This document shows, in pieces, positions 8,620-17,688 of a stretch of DNA of 64,000 bases; within the stretch, counting starts at the first letter, position 1; each line of letters starts with the position of its first letter. The stretch comes from a virus (lineage: Duplodnaviria > Heunggongvirae > Uroviricota > Caudoviricetes), in the IMG/VR virus record IMGVR_UViG_2974564184_000001, positions 977 to 64,976 of that record; one strand, 5' to 3'. The position numbers and the translations under genes are program-made. The notes under the pieces were generated by a model. It worked only from the letters and a program-made list of their open reading frames with translations, did no database searches and had not been told where the DNA came from.

Positions 8620-9674
8620 CGATTATGCCAAACCAAGTCCTGGATTTCCATAAGCACCTGAGCGCCGTAGTCGCGATCAAAGCTGTGTGGCAATTTACTC
8701 TTCTGGTAAAGTTCGCCACGGATGAATTCATCCTTTTCCTCTGCCCATTTTAACAGGTCTTCGAGGGGCCACGCACCACCACGGATATCTAAAAGCTCTT
8801 TAGCATCCGGGCGCTTCACCTTGACCTCACCAGTCGTCAAGATCTCTTCTGCCATTCGCATCAGGCGCACTAAGTGCATCGCGTGTTTGGTGTCATAACC
8901 GTAGTTGACTTCCAACTCGTGACGAACCTCATTACGGTTCTCCTTCCACGTCCAGTAGTTCCGGTGCTTCTCTTTGGCCTGCTTGTGCTCATCAGCCAGG
9001 TATTTAACGATCAGTGTTGGCTGGCGCTTCTTGTCCTCATCAGAAAGAGCGCTGTACTCCACGCGACGGATAGAACCATCTGTATTGAACAATCCAGGGC
9101 TGTCCCATGAGCCGATCACACCGAAGATGTTGTCACCCATTGGCAAGAAGATGCTCATCTTATCCAGGCGGTCAAGAACGTACTGGAAGTCCTGATGTTT
9201 CAGCAGCTTCTCGTCCATCCAAGAGTGTGTCAGCCTCAGATAATCACGCTGCGTTGGCTGTGCCTCCGGCTGCGGGTTGTTTATCCACTTGTCATGCCCT
9301 TTGATACGCTTCAACTGGGCCATTGCATAGCCCGAAAAAGAGAAGGCGACCTTTTTCGACAACAAATTGTAACCCACATCCCGGATCATCTGGTACGCCT
9401 CGGATGTCTGAATGATATCAGATTCGTCAACGAAAGCCAGCTCGATTATGTTCGGGTTCATCTCTGAGAACAACTTGAAGAAGTTGGTCAGTTCATAGAT
9501 CTTGCCGTCCTCCTCATCAGCCAATGTCAGCTCCTTGATCGGGAAGAATGGCGTCCTGATAGAGCGCATGGGGGCACAGAACAGTCCACGGATATCCACA
9601 TCAGAGGTTGGGAGGTTAGTCCCGTAGGCGAGGCTACCGGAGTAGCAACGCATTATATCTTTGTTCTCAAACAT
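8616..9674 (-). CDS. pol-beta superfamily nucleotidyltransferase
   Basis: N-terminal GSLAYGTNLPTSDVDIRG (GS-x9-DxD) minimal NTase motif; 352 aa with helical C-terminal domain. Confidence 0.55.
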   Translation of the reverse strand: MFENKDIMRCYSGSLAYGTNLPTSDVDIRGLFCAPMRSIRTPFFPIKELTLADEEDGKIYELTNFFKLFSEMNPNIIELAFVDESDIIQTSEAYQMIRDVGYNLLSKKVAFSFSGYAMAQLKRIKGHDKWINNPQPEAQPTQRDYLRLTHSWMDEKLLKHQDFQYVLDRLDKMSIFLPMGDNIFGVIGSWDSPGLFNTDGSIRRVEYSALSDEDKKRQPTLIVKYLADEHKQAKEKHRNYWTWKENRNEVRHELEVNYGYDTKHAMHLVRLMRMAEEILTTGEVKVKRPDAKELLDIRGGAWPLEDLLKWAEEKDEFIRGELYQKSKLPHSFDRDYGAQVLMEIQDLVWHNR

Positions 9675-10056
9675 ATTCTCTCCCTTGCGAGGTGACCAAG
9701 CTCATTGGTCGTTTCATTTCCCAGAAATTGATGATCCGCTGACAAGTCCGCTTCACAGGCATCCCGTCTGCATTGATGCACTCTTCATCACGAATGCGGC
9801 GCACTTCATCCAACAACCCATAGACCTCTGGAGGATATGGTCGGGCCGGGTCAGGAACCTTAATCATGCAGCTCCCGTATTTCCAGATCGAAAGCGTTGG
9901 CTCCCGACCAGGGTTTGTTGTCACCATGACCTTGGCCTTCAAGTTACGGACTTGATCAATGACACCAGGCTTGAGTTCGTTATACCCGAAGTACAGCATC
10001 ACATGGTCACCGACATTCAACAGATTCCCCGCTGAATCAACAAAGTTTTTAACCAT
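9667..10056 (-). CDS. hypothetical protein
   Basis: 129-aa ORF. Confidence 0.4.
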   Translation of the reverse strand: MVKNFVDSAGNLLNVGDHVMLYFGYNELKPGVIDQVRNLKAKVMVTTNPGREPTLSIWKYGSCMIKVPDPARPYPPEVYGLLDEVRRIRDEECINADGMPVKRTCQRIINFWEMKRPMSLVTSQGREYV

Positions 10057-10384
10057 TAAATTGCTCCTCTGTGAATTTGTTCTCTTCTTGCATGGAACGG
10101 GCCATCATCATGAGTTCTTCCGCCTGGCGGCGATAGCTCTGCATTGTTTTCAGCTCACGTTTCTGGATTGCTTTAATCCATTTCTGAAAGTCGCCGTTGT
10201 ACTGTTTCTCGAATCCTTTCTTTCCTCCGAGAATTGTCCCGCATCGGACTCCTTGCCCGTTTGGGCCAAGAGTCCTTGTCCAGTACATGAACATGCCATA
10301 GCCCAGTTCCTCCGTTGCCGTAAACATCGCGTCCGAGTAGACGATTTCACCGTGAGCCATCCTCATGCGCCTTTCAGCCTGCAA
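10049..10384 (-). CDS. hypothetical protein
   Basis: 111-aa ORF. Confidence 0.4.
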   Translation of the reverse strand: MQAERRMRMAHGEIVYSDAMFTATEELGYGMFMYWTRTLGPNGQGVRCGTILGGKKGFEKQYNGDFQKWIKAIQKRELKTMQSYRRQAEELMMMARSMQEENKFTEEQFNG

Positions 10385-10863
10385 CCTTTGATTGCCTCAA
10401 TGAGATCCTTCTCCGGTTGGGAGTAGTTGTGCAGCACGTTTCCCGTCTCCAGGTCTTTGTACTGGTTGGCGATCCTCAAACCACCCAGTTCCCCGTTGTA
10501 AGACTCAATATCCACGTCCATCGCATACTGCGGGGCATACATGTACTCAGGAAGTACGATGCAGATCGCAGTCAATGCCCCATTCAAAGCCGCCTCCTCC
10601 TCGTGGAACTTGGCAGAAGGAAGTGAACGGCAACACTGCATCAGATCGAAGATACGTTCCAGGTTCGACTGATACCCTCCCTCAAGAACGATGATCGTCT
10701 TATCGCGCCGCGCCCAGTTGTCACACAACTGCACTGCCCTTGATTGTGGGCGGTGATTCACCCCGTAATCGTACATCATATCGGCTACCGCATGTGCAGT
10801 TTGAATCCCGGCATGTATGCCGGATATGTACTGGTTTACGACGGAGTAAAGACGGGTCTGCAT
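10363..10863 (-). CDS. hypothetical protein
   Basis: ORF trimmed to internal Met (MQTRLYSV) so that it abuts upstream stop. Confidence 0.4.
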   Translation of the reverse strand: MQTRLYSVVNQYISGIHAGIQTAHAVADMMYDYGVNHRPQSRAVQLCDNWARRDKTIIVLEGGYQSNLERIFDLMQCCRSLPSAKFHEEEAALNGALTAICIVLPEYMYAPQYAMDVDIESYNGELGGLRIANQYKDLETGNVLHNYSQPEKDLIEAIKGCRLKGA

Positions 10864-11111
10864 CACGATCTTCCTCCTGGGATTTTGAACACAACCTTTT
10901 TTTCCAGGAACTTTGTCAGCTTGGAAGACACATTGAGACCTTCCCAGATCATCATCCAAAGAACCAGCGGCAAGCCAAAGATCCAAAGCGCACAAAGGGT
11001 TATAAGGATAAGTGCTTCTCGCCCATCAACCTCTTCGCCACGACAGTGGATGCCGATCAGAAGCGCGGTCAGCAACGCGCCCAGCAGCCAGATAGTTAGT
11101 AATGTCATCAT
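10863..11111 (-). CDS. small membrane protein
   Basis: three hydrophobic helices. Confidence 0.45.
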   Translation of the reverse strand: MMTLLTIWLLGALLTALLIGIHCRGEEVDGREALILITLCALWIFGLPLVLWMMIWEGLNVSSKLTKFLEKKVVFKIPGGRS

Positions 11112-11407
11112 TTTTCTCCTACAGTTTTATTTTTGGCTACTTTCACCAAGTAGATTAACAGTGTAACGGCAGCAATGAAAATCATCACTGTCAGAAGTAC
11201 AGGAAGAAGCACAATCGCCAGCGTCAGCACGATAGGTGTAAACAGACCGAACATGAAGACCGCCAAACCCGTAGGTAGCAGGTCTTCATCTGGAGCTGTC
11301 AGTCCAGCGATCACCGCCCATAACAGCATACTGATACCCGCCGCCCACGGATAGTGCAGAATGAAGATATTCAGTGTCGGCTGCAAAACCCAATTAATCC
11401 ATTCCAT
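11108..11407 (-). CDS. small membrane protein
   Basis: 99 aa, multi-pass hydrophobic. Confidence 0.45.
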   Translation of the reverse strand: MEWINWVLQPTLNIFILHYPWAAGISMLLWAVIAGLTAPDEDLLPTGLAVFMFGLFTPIVLTLAIVLLPVLLTVMIFIAAVTLLIYLVKVAKNKTVGEK

Positions 11408-11417
11408 TTCTCTCTCC

Positions 11418-11627
11418 TCAAAAGTCGAACATTTTAGTTAGTCGGTGCATTGCACCTTCATAAGACGCATGGTCTTTGTAATTGCAACCTTTTTCAACAC
11501 ACCAGTCGGTGGCCTTGTTGCGAAGGCCGACCAAACCGCATTGCTCGCAGACCTGCTTTCCACAGGTCTTGCTTTGATAGAAGTGGTGACGCTCGTACTT
11601 GTACGGGTCTTTGTCAGCTTTCTTCAT
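11418..11627 (-). CDS. small Cys-containing protein
   Basis: CGKQVCEQCG...C..GC pattern. Confidence 0.4.
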   Translation of the reverse strand: MKKADKDPYKYERHHFYQSKTCGKQVCEQCGLVGLRNKATDWCVEKGCNYKDHASYEGAMHRLTKMFDF

Positions 11628-12879
11628 CTTTACGCATCTCCTTCATTTCGCGAAGGACTTTACGGATAGCGTCGATCCGCTCAACACGGATTGCCTCACC
11701 AATCTGGATGCCCGGGACATCTCGTTCCAGCAGACGAGCGCTGATGGGCTTCACGTCCAAAGTCATAACCGCCGCTTGGCAACTGAGAAGCATATCCGCT
11801 TGTGGGTAAGGCTTCAACCAACTTTTCGGCAAACCACGACCCGCTTGATCCATAGAGCAGGCGTTAGCCAAGTCCACGCAACGGCGGCGGTTCTTCAAAC
11901 TGCCCGTGCGCTCCAGAAGTTTCATTACAGATGCAGGCTTCATGTCGTTCTGACCTTTTCGACCGATCATCGTGTGTACGTGAGTATGGAACTCCGTTAC
12001 AACACAGGCCAGCTCTTCAAAGGACTTAGGCACACGCAACCGCTCACAGAAAGCCTTCACCAGAGGAACGCCAGCAGCCTCATGTCCGAACAGGTTCTTG
12101 TGCTCTTCCCATGTAGGGTGCTTGCCGAAGTCATGACACAACACAGCAAACTTCACCTCTGGAGACATACTGTAGCGGTCGCACTCCTCAATACAACGCA
12201 GTGTATGGGCAAAGGCATCGCCTTCCGGGTGGTGCTCTTTCGGCTGCTCAACACCAATCAGATTGTACAGCTCCGGCAGTTCACCGAAGGTGGACATGCT
12301 CTCTGCGTACTGCATGAAGTTTCGGCTGTTTAGAGCCTTCTCCATTTCCTTCCACTTGCGCTCTGCACTGATTTCTACCAAGCGATGACGGTTCATGAAT
12401 GCCATGTGCCAAGTAACACCCGCGATCCTCCATGTGTCTCCCAATTGAGAGGCGAAGCGGAACATGCGGAGGATACGCAAAGGGTCATCCATGAAAGCAT
12501 CAGTTGTGTGACGAAGGATCTTGCGGCGAAGGTCTGCCTGACCGTTGAACGGGTCGATAATCTCTCCCGTATTCAGGTTTTTTGCCATCGCATTGATCGT
12601 CAGGTCACGGCGTCCCAGGTCTTCTTCCAGAGTCACATCTGGAGAGAAGAAGGTCTCGAAGCCTTTGTGACCATCACCCACTTTCCGCTCTGTTCGAGCA
12701 AGGGCATACTCTTCACCTGATACGGGGTGCAGGTAAACAGGGAAGGCCGCGCCCACTTGCTTGAATCCATGTGCGATCATTTGATCGTGGGTCGCACCAA
12801 CCACTACGTAATCACGGTCATGCACTGGACGACATAAAAGCTCATCACGTACTGCACCACCAACCAGGTAAATTTGCAT
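11614..12879 (-). CDS. cca: CCA-adding tRNA nucleotidyltransferase with HD domain
   Basis: MQIYLVGGAVRDELL (GGxVRD), RRDLTINAMA, HD-domain HPEGDAFAHT; 421 aa like bacterial class II Cca. Confidence 0.85.
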   Translation of the reverse strand: MQIYLVGGAVRDELLCRPVHDRDYVVVGATHDQMIAHGFKQVGAAFPVYLHPVSGEEYALARTERKVGDGHKGFETFFSPDVTLEEDLGRRDLTINAMAKNLNTGEIIDPFNGQADLRRKILRHTTDAFMDDPLRILRMFRFASQLGDTWRIAGVTWHMAFMNRHRLVEISAERKWKEMEKALNSRNFMQYAESMSTFGELPELYNLIGVEQPKEHHPEGDAFAHTLRCIEECDRYSMSPEVKFAVLCHDFGKHPTWEEHKNLFGHEAAGVPLVKAFCERLRVPKSFEELACVVTEFHTHVHTMIGRKGQNDMKPASVMKLLERTGSLKNRRRCVDLANACSMDQAGRGLPKSWLKPYPQADMLLSCQAAVMTLDVKPISARLLERDVPGIQIGEAIRVERIDAIRKVLREMKEMRKDEES

Positions 12880-12888
12880 TGTTTCTCC

Positions 12889-13203
12889 TTATGCGTCCAA
12901 ATCCAGTTCTTTTGCTGAGAACAGTTCATTACCCTCATAGGTAATGCCATCGACCACTGCAATGATCCGTGCAGGGATAGGGTCACCAGTCGGGCGACCA
13001 GCGTTATCGGTTTTGTACACGCGGGAGAAAGGTGCCTTTACCAGATAGGTCTCTTCCCGGGTGAAGTTGCGGGTCTGAATGGAACCACTTGACAGCTCCA
13101 CAGGGGTAAGTGCCGGAAGGAGTTTCACAATCTCAACTTCCGCACCAATCACCCCTTCGATTCCGAGATGCTCTGCCACCAAATCGCGTTTTACCTTAGG
13201 CAT
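12889..13203 (-). CDS. hypothetical protein
   Basis: 104-aa ORF. Confidence 0.4.
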   Translation of the reverse strand: MPKVKRDLVAEHLGIEGVIGAEVEIVKLLPALTPVELSSGSIQTRNFTREETYLVKAPFSRVYKTDNAGRPTGDPIPARIIAVVDGITYEGNELFSAKELDLDA

Positions 13204-13711
13204 TATTTTTCCCCTTCATTTCAAGCACGAATGCTTTGTGTTTATTGCTCTGCGGTACGCCAGTAAAGTTCACCGCGATGAAATAGTCAAGGATTTCTTC
13301 CTTGGTCGCATCTTCCAATGTTAATAATGGGAGATAGGGTCTTCCGAACGCTAACTGTTCAGACCGGGTAAGTTTTCCCCACCAGAGAGGCATTCCTTTC
13401 AGGATTATCGGGATCTCTCCGAGTATGAACTTCTGCAAAGTCATCAGACGTTGCTTACCGTCCACAACCTCAAGCCACGGCGTGTCTCTTGAGAGCCAAT
13501 TGCTGTGCTTGGCGATGGCTATTGTACCAAGAGGGAATCCAGAAATGCAAGTGTTTAAAAACTCTTGCTGCTGTTTCTTTTTCCACACGTAGTCCCTTTG
13601 GTAGGGAGCATTGTAATCGAATGCCCCACGCTCAATCCACCCAACGTAGGATTCAATCGTATGAGACCCGGGATTAACCCTGAATCTCTCGTGCTCTGTG
13701 ATCCTGTTCAC
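13196..13711 (-). CDS. DUF262 (ParB/Srx-like, GmrSD N-terminal-type) domain protein
   Basis: YQRDYVW and VVDGKQRLMTL (DGQQR-like) motifs; GTG start at 13711 with AGG RBS inferred because the long ORF overlaps upstream gene. Confidence 0.5.
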   Translation of the reverse strand: MNRITEHERFRVNPGSHTIESYVGWIERGAFDYNAPYQRDYVWKKKQQQEFLNTCISGFPLGTIAIAKHSNWLSRDTPWLEVVDGKQRLMTLQKFILGEIPIILKGMPLWWGKLTRSEQLAFGRPYLPLLTLEDATKEEILDYFIAVNFTGVPQSNKHKAFVLEMKGKNNA

Positions 13712-13724
13712 AGCATAACCTCGA

Positions 13725-14144
13725 TCATTTAATCCCGACAAGGCCGTACTCCTTACGGATCTGGTATTCGGCATCCTCATAGACAAGGCGCTGCACAGTC
13801 TCGCGCTCATCTTCCAGGCACATGTTTTCGTCCTTAACTGCCGCCTTGTATATTTGCGTTGCACGATCATACAGGTCTTCCGCCAAGGTGTCGAGAGGGT
13901 CATAGCCCAAGGCATCCTTACGGAAAATAGAGACGAAACGGTCTTCATCGTCTGTGCGCTCGTCAGCCATTTCTGGAACCACGTCGCGGTGGATGTCCCA
14001 GTAATCAAAGAGCTTGATCGCGTCCTCTGGAGATTTCAGTCCGTAAGACAGACTCTCTGTCTGATACCCAAGCCAAGTGGCAATCGCCAATAATTTCTCA
14101 CGCGGGTTTTCGTAATGTGTTGCTTCCATTATTTTCTCTCCCAT
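13725..14144 (-). CDS. hypothetical acidic protein
   Basis: 139-aa ORF. Confidence 0.45.
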   Translation of the reverse strand: MGEKIMEATHYENPREKLLAIATWLGYQTESLSYGLKSPEDAIKLFDYWDIHRDVVPEMADERTDDEDRFVSIFRKDALGYDPLDTLAEDLYDRATQIYKAAVKDENMCLEDERETVQRLVYEDAEYQIRKEYGLVGIK

Positions 14145-14398
14145 TGATTCATGTAGGTAACAAGGTCTGTCAATTTACGAGCAGTCAACGGGTGAATATC
14201 ATCACCATCCAAACCGCCATGCTTCAACATACCCACCAGTCGAGTATACACCTTTGTTGGACGAACACAACGTCTTACAGACCACACCTCGCCGTCAGGG
14301 GAGAATGATTTCTCCTCCATAGACACATGGACGAGGGTTCCCATCCATTCTTTCTTCCTAATCGACAGAAGTGGTCTGTGGTAGATGTAGAATCGCAT
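14129..14398 (-). CDS. hypothetical protein
   Basis: 89-aa ORF. Confidence 0.4.
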   Translation of the reverse strand: MRFYIYHRPLLSIRKKEWMGTLVHVSMEEKSFSPDGEVWSVRRCVRPTKVYTRLVGMLKHGGLDGDDIHPLTARKLTDLVTYMNQWERK

Positions 14399-14480
14399 TG
14401 TAGTGTCCTCTTTTCGTCACATAAGATCGTATTTTGTTCGTTGTGGTCATTATGAGGGACGTTATGGTCAGTGTCAACCC

Positions 14481-14508
14481 CAAAAACAACAAAACCCGCC
14501 GAAGCGGG
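14481..14508 (-). terminator. Rho-independent terminator (minus strand)
   Basis: CCCGC-CGAA-GCGGG hairpin with A-run on plus side; same hairpin family as at 221 and 7071. Confidence 0.6.
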
Positions 14509-14513
14509 TTAAT

Positions 14514-14795
14514 TTACCAGGTGAGGAAGAACGTTATCGTGGCACCCTGCATTGTCGGCTCGTATCCAATGATATCGAGTTGGAAACCGCCAGCACGAAG
14601 ATCACCAACAATATGGGCGCAATAATCACGCTGGTGATCCGGCAGTTCTATCGTCATTGCCGTTCCCCGGAGACCCTTCTTCGCAGCCTCCGCCACACCC
14701 TCCACAACCGCGTTGTACAGATCCGACATTTCTGTCGGCAACTGCTTTGGTGCGTTTGCGGCGATTTGTGCCATCTTTTGTGCTGCTGTTGTCAT
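14514..14795 (-). CDS. hypothetical protein
   Basis: 93-aa well-formed ORF; overlaps the low-complexity tail of the methyltransferase ORF. Confidence 0.4.
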   Translation of the reverse strand: MTTAAQKMAQIAANAPKQLPTEMSDLYNAVVEGVAEAAKKGLRGTAMTIELPDHQRDYCAHIVGDLRAGGFQLDIIGYEPTMQGATITFFLTW

Positions 14796-15309
14796 CCTTC
14801 GGCCCCTCTAAGTGATAGAATGGTTTCAGTCCCATCTTATTGTTCTTGTCCCACACAAACCATGCGTACCCTGAACCGTCTGTCTTACCGTCATCCGTGA
14901 ACGAAGGCCGTTTAGACAATACCATTAAGCTGCTCAGTGGGTTGTCCTGCCACCACTCCCATCGCTTCATGCTTTCCAGGAATCCCAGTCGTAGGAGCAT
15001 GATTACAACATCGGCTTCGCCTAATGCTTTGGTCACAAACTCTTGCGCTAAGGAGTATGGTGGGTTCGTGATGATCACATCCACATGGTTGTATTGCGTT
15101 TGAAGGTAATCGACACCCTGACGAATCTCTCCCCAAGCACTACCTAAAGGTAGGTGGTTGTAGATTCTACCGGAGCCACGGCATGGCTCCATGTATTTCA
15201 GATTGCTGTCAATAGGTATGACTTTCAGAAGGGCTTCAACAGCCCAAGCTGGAGTTTCATACACATCGTAAGCACGTCTCTCTTCCTTCTTTTTGAGAGG
15301 AGCGCTCAT
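14626..15309 (-). CDS. DNA N6-adenine methyltransferase (phage Dam-type, PF05869-like)
   Basis: YETPAWAV, EPCRGSG (motif I), IITNPPY (motif IV); conserved part ends near aa 172, 3' tail is low-complexity. Confidence 0.7.
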   Translation of the reverse strand: MSAPLKKKEERRAYDVYETPAWAVEALLKVIPIDSNLKYMEPCRGSGRIYNHLPLGSAWGEIRQGVDYLQTQYNHVDVIITNPPYSLAQEFVTKALGEADVVIMLLRLGFLESMKRWEWWQDNPLSSLMVLSKRPSFTDDGKTDGSGYAWFVWDKNNKMGLKPFYHLEGPKDDNSSTKDGTNRRKRTKAVADRNVGSVQRGCGGCGGGCEEGSPGNGNDDRTAGSPA

Positions 15310-16238
15310 TACTCTCCTTTGTCGTTCAGCAGCATATCGGTAACCACTTGCCCGTAGACCTTGAGGTTATCAATCAAGGCTTCACGCGGTGTATCACCGT
15401 TGATGGAACGTTCACTCAGGATGTCGTCACCTGCCAAGCCTGCAACCTGCACCAGAATTGCGAACAACTCTTTAGTGGCGAACTGAGCCAGGGAGGGTTC
15501 ATCCAAAGTGGCAGCATCTAAAATGTGCTCGACACCGTTGAGTTCGATACGGATCTTCACACGCTTTGGCTCTGTTGGCTCTGCGGGAGTTTCAGCCGGG
15601 GCTTCAACCTTACGCAACGACACAGGGGGTTTTCCTTGCTGCATTCGTTTGATGTTTTTAGCATCCAGTAGAACAGCATCAGCACGTTCGAGAACTTGCA
15701 TTTCGTCCATCCAGACCTGCCCCCCACCACGGATTCGTGCGATCTCTTCCTCAGACAAGATCCCGCTGTAAAAACGGTCGATCAGTCTGTCGAAGTAGAC
15801 CTTCTCGAACATGATTTGCGAGTGCATGTTTGCACCGTCACCGTATGTCCCGCCCTGATAGTTGTGGAACATGAAGATTGTCAGTGGTGACACTGTACGT
15901 TCCTCACTTGCCAACCACAAAATGGTTCCAGCAGAACAGACCTGACCTTCTGCGTGGGTAACGATGTTTGCAGCACTCTCCGCCATCGCGTTGACATAAG
16001 CCATTGCGATTGCTACTGCACCACCTGGTGAGTTAATCACGATACGGATACTGTCCTCCGGTGTTGCCATACGGATCAGTTGCAGACGCTCCTGATGATC
16101 CTCCAGCCACGACAGGTCGTCGATGTAGAGCACGTAATCATGACATGGAACCGGGTAAGAGAAGATATTCCGGTTGTCCCCGAAGCCCGGGTAGAAACCG
16201 AAGCTGTTTTCTGGGCCGCTGTTTTTGTTTTCCATCAT
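15309..16238 (-). CDS. ClpP-like serine protease
   Basis: INSPGGAVAIAMAYVNAM and GQVCSAGTILWLA match ClpP/S14 motifs; 309 aa with extended C-terminus. Confidence 0.65.
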   Translation of the reverse strand: MMENKNSGPENSFGFYPGFGDNRNIFSYPVPCHDYVLYIDDLSWLEDHQERLQLIRMATPEDSIRIVINSPGGAVAIAMAYVNAMAESAANIVTHAEGQVCSAGTILWLASEERTVSPLTIFMFHNYQGGTYGDGANMHSQIMFEKVYFDRLIDRFYSGILSEEEIARIRGGGQVWMDEMQVLERADAVLLDAKNIKRMQQGKPPVSLRKVEAPAETPAEPTEPKRVKIRIELNGVEHILDAATLDEPSLAQFATKELFAILVQVAGLAGDDILSERSINGDTPREALIDNLKVYGQVVTDMLLNDKGE

Positions 16239-16732
16239 TCCTCCGAGTTAGCAGCAATACGCTGCTTGAGAATATAGGCGTTTTTCAACAGCCAATCAAT
16301 ATTGAAACCTGTATCTTCATCCACAATGACCTGATCACTGTATTTGAAGCACTTCAAGGTTTCCTGAGCCAGTGTTGAGGCCACAGCCGCCTGATGAACA
16401 AGGGTAAACTCGTCCAACTCCTCTTTTGTGAGGGTGATGTACTTGGAATTTCCTTCCAGGTAAATCAGATGCTCCAACATGTCCCGGCGATCCGGGAACA
16501 TCCAACGAGCATCTCGTGCAGCTTCTTTCTCTCCGTAGAAAAGGCTCATGATAAAGCCTTTGTGCTGTGCGAAGAGAGAACCTGCTACGGTGAGCCGATA
16601 CAGGTTGAACAGTTGTTCCGCCTGCTGCTCAAAGAAGTCTGGTGCCACAACACCACAGTTCTTCAATTCCATCAGCTTTCGATGGGATAAAATCCCATGA
16701 ATCCCCAGTGCCATACTCCTCCTATCGAGCAA
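16235..16732 (-). CDS. hypothetical protein
   Basis: 165-aa ORF. Confidence 0.45.
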   Translation of the reverse strand: MLDRRSMALGIHGILSHRKLMELKNCGVVAPDFFEQQAEQLFNLYRLTVAGSLFAQHKGFIMSLFYGEKEAARDARWMFPDRRDMLEHLIYLEGNSKYITLTKEELDEFTLVHQAAVASTLAQETLKCFKYSDQVIVDEDTGFNIDWLLKNAYILKQRIAANSEE

Positions 16733-17036
16733 TCAGGTATTTGACCTTTCCATCGTCGCCACGGAATCCTGAATCCACCACGTAATAGGATTCATCTTCC
16801 ACGTCCACAGTATCGCCCAAGTCGAAGAGTTCTTCTCCCTGATGCTCATACTCCAAAGACTCCGTGAAGCGCTTGAAAAGACCAGTGTTATCGTCATCAG
16901 TGCAGACATTCTCAATCACACCATCGGGGTGCGTCAAGAATACCATCCCTTGGCTGATTTTAGCAACCTTCCAACCACCTTTGACTCTCACCAGGCAGTA
17001 AGACCTGTTGAGCTTATTTCTGAATTTGGATACCAC
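16722..17036 (-). CDS. hypothetical protein
   Basis: 104-aa ORF. Confidence 0.4.
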   Translation of the reverse strand: MVSKFRNKLNRSYCLVRVKGGWKVAKISQGMVFLTHPDGVIENVCTDDDNTGLFKRFTESLEYEHQGEELFDLGDTVDVEDESYYVVDSGFRGDDGKVKYLIAR

Positions 17037-17688
17037 GCTTTTTCTCCAGTTCTGTGAGGAAACTTTCGAGTGTTTGCAGTCGTTCCGGTGTGTTCAGATT
17101 CAAACAACGCACTCCATGCTGCTTCGCCAGTTTGACGGCAGTAGCTGTCCCGCCTTTTGGGTTGCCATGCTTATCTTCCGAGGCATAGAACAGGCAGAAC
17201 TTTGAAGGACGCGGCTCAAGGATGTTGGCCCCCAGAACCTGATGCACATTTCGGGAATGCAAAGCGAAAGCTCCGCGTTTACGCCGCAAGGCTTCGGGGT
17301 TCGGGTGAATCTCATCCAGAATCTTGTCTCGTGCGGATACTTGCCCGGGCATGACCAAGTTAAGGTCGCTCAGACAGATGTCCCACCAATCTTCCAGGTT
17401 ATTCGTACCAAAACCGTGCCACGGAGTGTAAATCTCCGCTTTACCAGTAGAGTACGCTTCCGGGTTATCTTTGTCAAGCGAAATACAGTACCGCTGCACT
17501 CCAATCTGGAATGCTGCGTCTGCACCACCTGCCTTCCCACTTCTCAGCACACAACCTGCTTGTGCCAATCGGAAGGCGGCATCTTCCATGATGCCAAGCA
17601 CGTCTGGAGGTGTTTCGCGTGATCCTACTCCAGTATAGTACATAATCCTCCTGTTAGGTTGCCATCGGAGTGTAGCGGCCTGCATCAC
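17014..17688 (-). CDS. DprA/Smf-like Rossmann-fold (SLOG) protein
   Basis: YTGVGSRETP...LAQAGCVLRSGKAGGADAAFQIG resembles DprA GSR...SG.A.GID.AAH signature. Confidence 0.55.
   Translation of the reverse strand: MMQAATLRWQPNRRIMYYTGVGSRETPPDVLGIMEDAAFRLAQAGCVLRSGKAGGADAAFQIGVQRYCISLDKDNPEAYSTGKAEIYTPWHGFGTNNLEDWWDICLSDLNLVMPGQVSARDKILDEIHPNPEALRRKRGAFALHSRNVHQVLGANILEPRPSKFCLFYASEDKHGNPKGGTATAVKLAKQHGVRCLNLNTPERLQTLESFLTELEKKRGIQIQK

Noticed and set aside
11599-12333. 244-aa plus-strand ORF
   Set aside because: Fully antisense to the CCA-adding enzyme gene, which has strong motifs.
14626-14795. C-terminal extension of Dam methyltransferase as genuine domain
   Set aside because: Low-complexity Gly/Cys/Asn composition and overlap with a well-formed ORF; reported as ambiguity rather than a domain.
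15309-16238. ClpP-like gene as the prohead protease
   Set aside because: A canonical S78 protease sits between portal and scaffold at 62211; the ClpP-like gene is in the early block far from morphogenesis genes.
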